From Candidatus Hadarchaeota archaeon (GTDB lineage: Archaea > CAYQAE01 > CAYVLA01), in the NCBI GenBank assembly GCA_964452145.1, contig CAYVLA010000014.1, positions 206 through 45,025 on the forward strand: a stretch of 44,820 nucleotides of DNA, in the 5' to 3' direction. Positions 40,231 to 44,820 of this stretch are shown one piece after another. Numbering within the stretch: position 1 is the first letter of the stretch; each line of letters starts with the position of its first letter. The position numbers were made by a program, and so were the translations under genes. The notes beneath the pieces were generated by a model. The model had not been told where the DNA came from, ran no database searches, and saw nothing but the letters and a program-made list of their open reading frames with translations.

Positions 40231-40536
40231 CTAGGGACCTTCTGGTGTGAAGATGACCGCCTTCCGTCTCCTGAAGATCCTATCGAACAGGAGACTGAGC
40301 AACTCCGTCACGGTCAGACCCTCGTACATCCTCTTCCTGAAGGCGATCTCCACGGACCCAAGCGATTCAGCATTCTCCAGTTTCGCGGCAACGGAGTTCG
40401 CCACGCTGGCTATTCCTCGGAAGAACTGGATCTCCATTCTCTTCAGCTTCAGATCATGGAGCCTCTTCAGATCGGCCTCTTTTTCTCTTATCAGCTCATC
40501 CAAGGTCGAGATCTTCTCATTCCCGCTTGCACCCAT
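40231..40536 (-). CDS. Small helical hypothetical protein
   Basis: Coiled-coil-like LDELIREKEADLKRL; CTTAATA upstream; fills the gap between neighbours. Confidence 0.5.
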   Translation of the reverse strand: MGASGNEKISTLDELIREKEADLKRLHDLKLKRMEIQFFRGIASVANSVAAKLENAESLGSVEIAFRKRMYEGLTVTELLSLLFDRIFRRRKAVIFTPEGP

Positions 40537-40657
40537 TGGCCCAGCTCCAATTGACCCTATGTACACATGCGCCAATCCGGCTATTAAGTTTCCTCCCCGC
40601 TCCCCGCCTCGCACCCACCGATCCTCAAAGGGAACTGCGCAACCCCCAGCGACCCCA

Positions 40658-41890
40658 TCAAGCCGCGGCAATCAATCGAGTCTGGCCCACCTCCCGATAG
40701 ATGCGTCGCCTTACCATCACCGTCCACAGAACGAACCCGCATATCATCCCTGTGGAGGATACGACCAGCCACTCCGTTACATAGACCCACAGCAGGGCAT
40801 GGTCCCTCAGCTCATACGCCTTCTCTGTTGCCTGGTTCAGAGTCTCCTGGGCCTGCACCAGATGCTCGATGCAGATAAGGATCTCTCCATTCAGATAGCT
40901 TTGATCAGCGAGAACCCTCCATCCGTGTGCCTCCCCCATGATCTTCTCCGCAGGACGCATGTTTGCCCCGAATCTGGAGACGAATTCCACGACGCTGTCC
41001 AGCGTCTGGCGCTGTTGTCGGTAGTCATCCATCAATCGACGAGCATGGTACACCAGGGAAGGATCGTCGGGTATCCTACCTCCAGTTACGTAGATGGCAA
41101 GGTTGAGGGCGTAGTCCCCGTAATGAGCCCATCGGAGAAAGTTTGTCCCACCCGCCGGGGTCCAGTCTGCCATCATACCGAACGAAGCCCCCTGCCCAAC
41201 CTCCCAGTAGCACAACAGAGGATGCTGGGTCGGCGCCGAGACAACCTTGTAGTAAGCAAGGGAGCTGACTCCCTGCCTCTCCCCGACTATGTTGCATCCG
41301 TAGAATACTCCTAGGGGACCCAGCTCGGAAAATGGCAGAGATAGGATGAAGACGTTGTCTTCCTCGGCCACCTCCAAGCGTCCATCTCTGCTTTCCCACC
41401 GCTCGGAAAGGCAGACAACCGGCAATACCTCAGCCACGACCGTCTCCCCCCATGAGCCGGGGAAGTTGGGAACTGCGCCAAAGGTCTCCAAGCCGCCGAT
41501 CATGAGCAATCCAAGACCGCTCTCAGACACAGCATTTCTGAACCAGACAAAGTACTCGGTTCTGAACGACTGCACGTTGGCGTCGCTAATGATGATCATA
41601 TCGTATCCCGAATGCAGATTCTCCTCTGTCCGAGGCATGTAGGCCCGCATGTGCCTCCTAATGATGCTCGCGGAATCGTGAAAACCGGAGGCCCTGACCG
41701 GCACAATGGTGGTGAGAGGATCGTTGGCGTAGATCGGATACGGGCTCGGTCCGGCGAAGGCGTCCCCAAAGTAGAGTATCCTTATCCTGCCTGTGGACGG
41801 ATCCCTTCTCATCTCCCTGCAGAGGCCGCAGCCCATCAGGAGGCTGCATAGAATCAGTAGAACGGCACAGACACGCGATGTTCTTTCCAT
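40658..41890 (-). CDS. Secreted GATase1-like (DUF1355-type) protein with C-terminal anchor; paralog of 2658..3899
   Basis: Signal peptide; RAYMPRTEE, YDMIIISDA, GLGLLMIGGLETFG, WGETVVAEVLPV; C-terminal WVYVTEWLVVSSTGMICGFVLWTVMVRRRIYREV. Confidence 0.8.
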   Translation of the reverse strand: MERTSRVCAVLLILCSLLMGCGLCREMRRDPSTGRIRILYFGDAFAGPSPYPIYANDPLTTIVPVRASGFHDSASIIRRHMRAYMPRTEENLHSGYDMIIISDANVQSFRTEYFVWFRNAVSESGLGLLMIGGLETFGAVPNFPGSWGETVVAEVLPVVCLSERWESRDGRLEVAEEDNVFILSLPFSELGPLGVFYGCNIVGERQGVSSLAYYKVVSAPTQHPLLCYWEVGQGASFGMMADWTPAGGTNFLRWAHYGDYALNLAIYVTGGRIPDDPSLVYHARRLMDDYRQQRQTLDSVVEFVSRFGANMRPAEKIMGEAHGWRVLADQSYLNGEILICIEHLVQAQETLNQATEKAYELRDHALLWVYVTEWLVVSSTGMICGFVLWTVMVRRRIYREVGQTRLIAAA

Positions 41891-41920
41891 CTCGCCGGAT
41901 GACACGCACCCTACTGAGCG

Positions 41921-41928
41921 ATTTAAAT
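41921..41928. promoter_or_regulatory. Shared palindromic TATA box (ATTTAAAT) for a divergent gene pair
   Basis: About 30 and 37 bp from the two divergent starts. Confidence 0.6.
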
Positions 41929-41964
41929 CCTTCCCGGTTTCCCGTGCATGATCGAGCATGCGCA

Positions 41965-42894
41965 ATGAATGCCGTGAACGTTAGCAGCATCTCGTTGCCC
42001 GGGCTGGGATCTGAGCCGGGGCGGCTCGAGAAGGTCCTTGACCGGGCATCCAACTGGATCGACATTGCATCCAAGGACGAACCCGATATCATCTGTCTTC
42101 CCGAGTCACTCAACGCCCTTGGACTCTCAGGGAGGGTCTGGGCGGAATGTGCAGAGCCCTTGACAGGCCCAACCACACAGATGATATCATCCAAGGCTGC
42201 CGAGTATTCAACCTACATAGTCTGTCCAATTGTTCGACGGCACCAGGGGTGTTTGCACAATTCAGCGGTTCTGTGTGATCGCTCGGGAGAGATCGCCGCA
42301 CTCTATGACAAGGTCCACCCCACGATCTCGGAGATGGAGGTCGGCATCGTGCCGGGCAAGCAGGGGGTAGCATACGATGCAGATTTTGGCAGGCTGGGCT
42401 TCGCTATCTGCTTCGACCTCAATTTCCGAGATCTGAGGGATTTCTACCGAAGGGTGAAGCCCCGCATTATCCTCTTTCCATCCATGTTCAGAGGAGGGAT
42501 TCAGCTCAGACTCTGGGCTTTCGAGATCGGCTGCTATGTGATATCGGCCACTCCAGGCGAGCAAAGTTCTATCATCGACCCCCTCGGAAGAATCCTGGAG
42601 GAGAGTTCTGAGTACGAGAGGATTGTATCTCGTCGGATCAATCTAGACTTCACCCTGCTGCATCTGGATTACAATCATGAGAAGCTGAAGGTCGTGAAGG
42701 AGGCCTACGGAAAAGCCGTGCGATTCGAGGTGGCCAGCCCCCAGGGCCTTTTCCTGATGTTCTCCGATCACCCCAGCACGACCGCGGGGCAGATGATCGA
42801 TGAGTTCGGCTTGGAGACCCGGGAAAGCTATTTCCGGCGCGCAGAGACAATCCGCAGACTCACCCTAGGTAGGGCCCTGACACGCTCGGACTGA
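41965..42894 (+). CDS. Carbon-nitrogen hydrolase (nitrilase superfamily)
   Basis: Catalytic triad: CLPE, YDKVHP, ICFD. Confidence 0.9.
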   Translation: MNAVNVSSISLPGLGSEPGRLEKVLDRASNWIDIASKDEPDIICLPESLNALGLSGRVWAECAEPLTGPTTQMISSKAAEYSTYIVCPIVRRHQGCLHNSAVLCDRSGEIAALYDKVHPTISEMEVGIVPGKQGVAYDADFGRLGFAICFDLNFRDLRDFYRRVKPRIILFPSMFRGGIQLRLWAFEIGCYVISATPGEQSSIIDPLGRILEESSEYERIVSRRINLDFTLLHLDYNHEKLKVVKEAYGKAVRFEVASPQGLFLMFSDHPSTTAGQMIDEFGLETRESYFRRAETIRRLTLGRALTRSD

Positions 42895-42981
42895 GCCCGA
42901 ATGAGGGCTCTCCAGCAACCCTCGCCCCGGCCTGCCTGCTGTCATGCTCGGGTCCGGGAAGGAAGAAAGATAAGGAGATGA

Positions 42982-44530
42982 TTGCAGGATTTCACGAGTG
43001 GGTGCAGATTGGCCTCCCCTAGGATGCCCGTTTCTCTCCTTTTCTTCCTGGCCGTGGTAGTGTGCGGCACAATCGGATTCCACTTCATCGAGGACTTCAG
43101 CTGGGCGACATCCACATACTTCACAATCGTGACCATTACGACCGTTGGCTACGGAGACATCGCACCCCAGACCGATGCAGGCCGGCTCTTCTCCATACCC
43201 GTCATCATCCTTGGCGTGTACTCGGGGATCTCAACCTTGACCTACCTCTTCGGCTCGGTGCTTGAGTACAGGGTAAGACGCGCCATCTCGGGGATCGGGA
43301 AGCCAAGGGAGTTCAAGAACCACGTCATCGTCGCGGGCACGGGCTCGCTGGCAGATATAGTACTCAGGGAGCTGGATCTCAACAAGATCCCTTATGCATG
43401 GATCTCGCGTGAGCCGATCGTTGGACGAGACGAGGCAATCATGGGTGACCCGAGCGATGAAGCAACACTGCTCAAGGCGGAGCATTCGTAAGGCCGCATC
43501 CCTTCTGTGTCTGCATGGGGAACCGGATAATGCATTCATCATACTGGAGGCCAAACACCTCAACCCCGCCATCAGAGCGATAACGGTCTTGAAGGATCCT
43601 GAGAATCGCCCCAAACTTCAAGACATCGGGGCCGATGTAATCATCGCTCCGGACGATCTGTCCGCCCGGATCATCGCCCTCTCTTCTGAGACACACTTCT
43701 CGTTGGGCTTCTTCGATCAGGAACTCAAGGCCAAGTCTCTGACGCTCTCCGAGATATCCGTCCCTCGGTCGGGCCCAATCGTAGGAAAGCCACTGTCCGA
43801 TCTTGACATTCCCAGAAGGTTCGGTGTCTCTGTTGTTGCGATCTCCAGAGACAACGTCTTGAGGCCCAACCCCGATCCGTCTGAGAGACTTGAACCGGGG
43901 GCCCAGATCGTCGTCTTCGGTGAGAGGAATAGGGCCCAGAAATTCAGGAACTGGGTTTCCGGCGGAAGGCCGGTTGGTGAAATAGTCCCTCAGGTCTCCG
44001 GCCCAAGCAGCCTCGCCAACGAAGTACGAACGCGTGGCCCCCGACTGGTTACAAATGCGTTTCTTATTGGAGTGGCAATCGTCCTGAAGTCCCTCATATC
44101 ACCAGTATTCTCCGCGGCCGGCCTCACCATCAATCTCCAGAACATCTTCAGCCTGGCCATCGACCTCGTCGTCTGGGCCACCATAGGTTACCTCCTCCTG
44201 TCGATACTGCGCGACTTCAAGGTGTTGGCCGACGCGGGTGCCCTCCGGGCAAGTGGGCTCGATGCTCTCGTCGAAACCGAGGGAGCGAAGAGAATCCTCA
44301 GGAATGTGATCTTCATCATCGTCATCGTCATTCTCGGGTCGGTGGTGAGTCCCTACCTCGGCTCACTTGGGGGAATTGCGAGAGCGGTGGGAACGGTGAT
44401 GCCATGGATCTGCCTTGGGCTCCTGCTGGTCGTCATGTATGATGTGGGATCCTTCATACACGACGTGATGAGCGGATACGTTCGGAGAATCACCAACAGG
44501 TTCGTCAGGCAACTCGAGGAGGCCGCCTGA
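42982..44530 (+). pseudogene. K+ channel (two-TM pore + RCK/TrkA-N + TrkA-C + extra TM domain) split by a +1 frameshift at about 43480-43481
   Basis: TITTVGYGD filter and NHVIVAG in 42982..43491; continues in the 43394..44530 frame (IRKAASL...DNAFIIL...IGADVIIAP...VGKPLSDL). Could be an assembly error rather than a true pseudogene. Confidence 0.75.
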
Positions 44531-44820
44531 TGTCGGAGACGGTGATTCTTTGCGGGGATGGCCCCCTGATTCCCACTGTGGCGGGCTACCTGTCGGAAAT
44601 GAGGAAGAGGATAACGATAGTCAGCGACGATGAATCGCTGAAGGTGGAAGGCTGTGCCTTCGTCAAGGGTGATCCGACCAAGCTGGCAACCCTTCAGAGC
44701 GCGGAGGTCGGCACCGCGGACACGATCCTGGTTCTGTGCATCGAGGACTGGGACGCAGCATTCATAGTGATGAATTCCAGGAAGCTGAATCCGGATGCCA
44801 TCATCGTTGCCAATGTGAAC
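44530..44820 (+). CDS. TrkA-N/RCK domain protein (partial, runs off the window)
   Basis: ATG overlaps the upstream TGA; my translation gives MSETVILCGDG...FVKGDPTKLATLQSAEVGTADTILV...SRKLNPDAIIVANV. Confidence 0.8.
   Translation, partial: MSETVILCGDGPLIPTVAGYLSEMRKRITIVSDDESLKVEGCAFVKGDPTKLATLQSAEVGTADTILVLCIEDWDAAFIVMNSRKLNPDAIIVANVN

Noticed and set aside
40247..41314. 355-aa plus-strand ORF
   Set aside because: Antisense to two better-supported minus-strand genes

Overview
A GC-rich (about 60% by eye), densely coding archaeal chromosomal segment. The archaeal assignment rests on TATA-type promoters, SepCysS, a CxxC-type ThiI, FtsZ with an archaeal-type N-terminal extension, and a XerA-like recombinase. 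It holds about 40 genes. Housekeeping genes include nfo, pscS, thiI, ggt, ftsZ, lysA and mtnP. Methanogen-associated accessory genes (SepCysS, DUF2099/methanogenesis marker 8-like, CooT, a UroD/MtaA-family protein) are mixed with sugar- and amide-catabolic enzymes. There are also several large membrane-anchored surface proteins: a Lon-like S16 protease with Ig repeats, an alpha-SNAP-like solenoid followed by NfeD, and a paralogous GATase-fold family. The most striking unexplained structure is a compact module at about 16.7-18.6 kb. It contains a ribbon-helix-helix plus winged-helix DNA-binding protein and a XerA-like tyrosine recombinase. Arrays of a GGTATGA-N5-TCATACC palindrome bracket it on both sides, and a separate dif-like inverted repeat sits in the recombinase promoter, about 2 kb from ftsZ. 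A K+ channel gene is split by a single-base frameshift. I recognised no tRNA, rRNA, CRISPR array or IS element. All family calls come from motif recognition by eye; no database searches were run.
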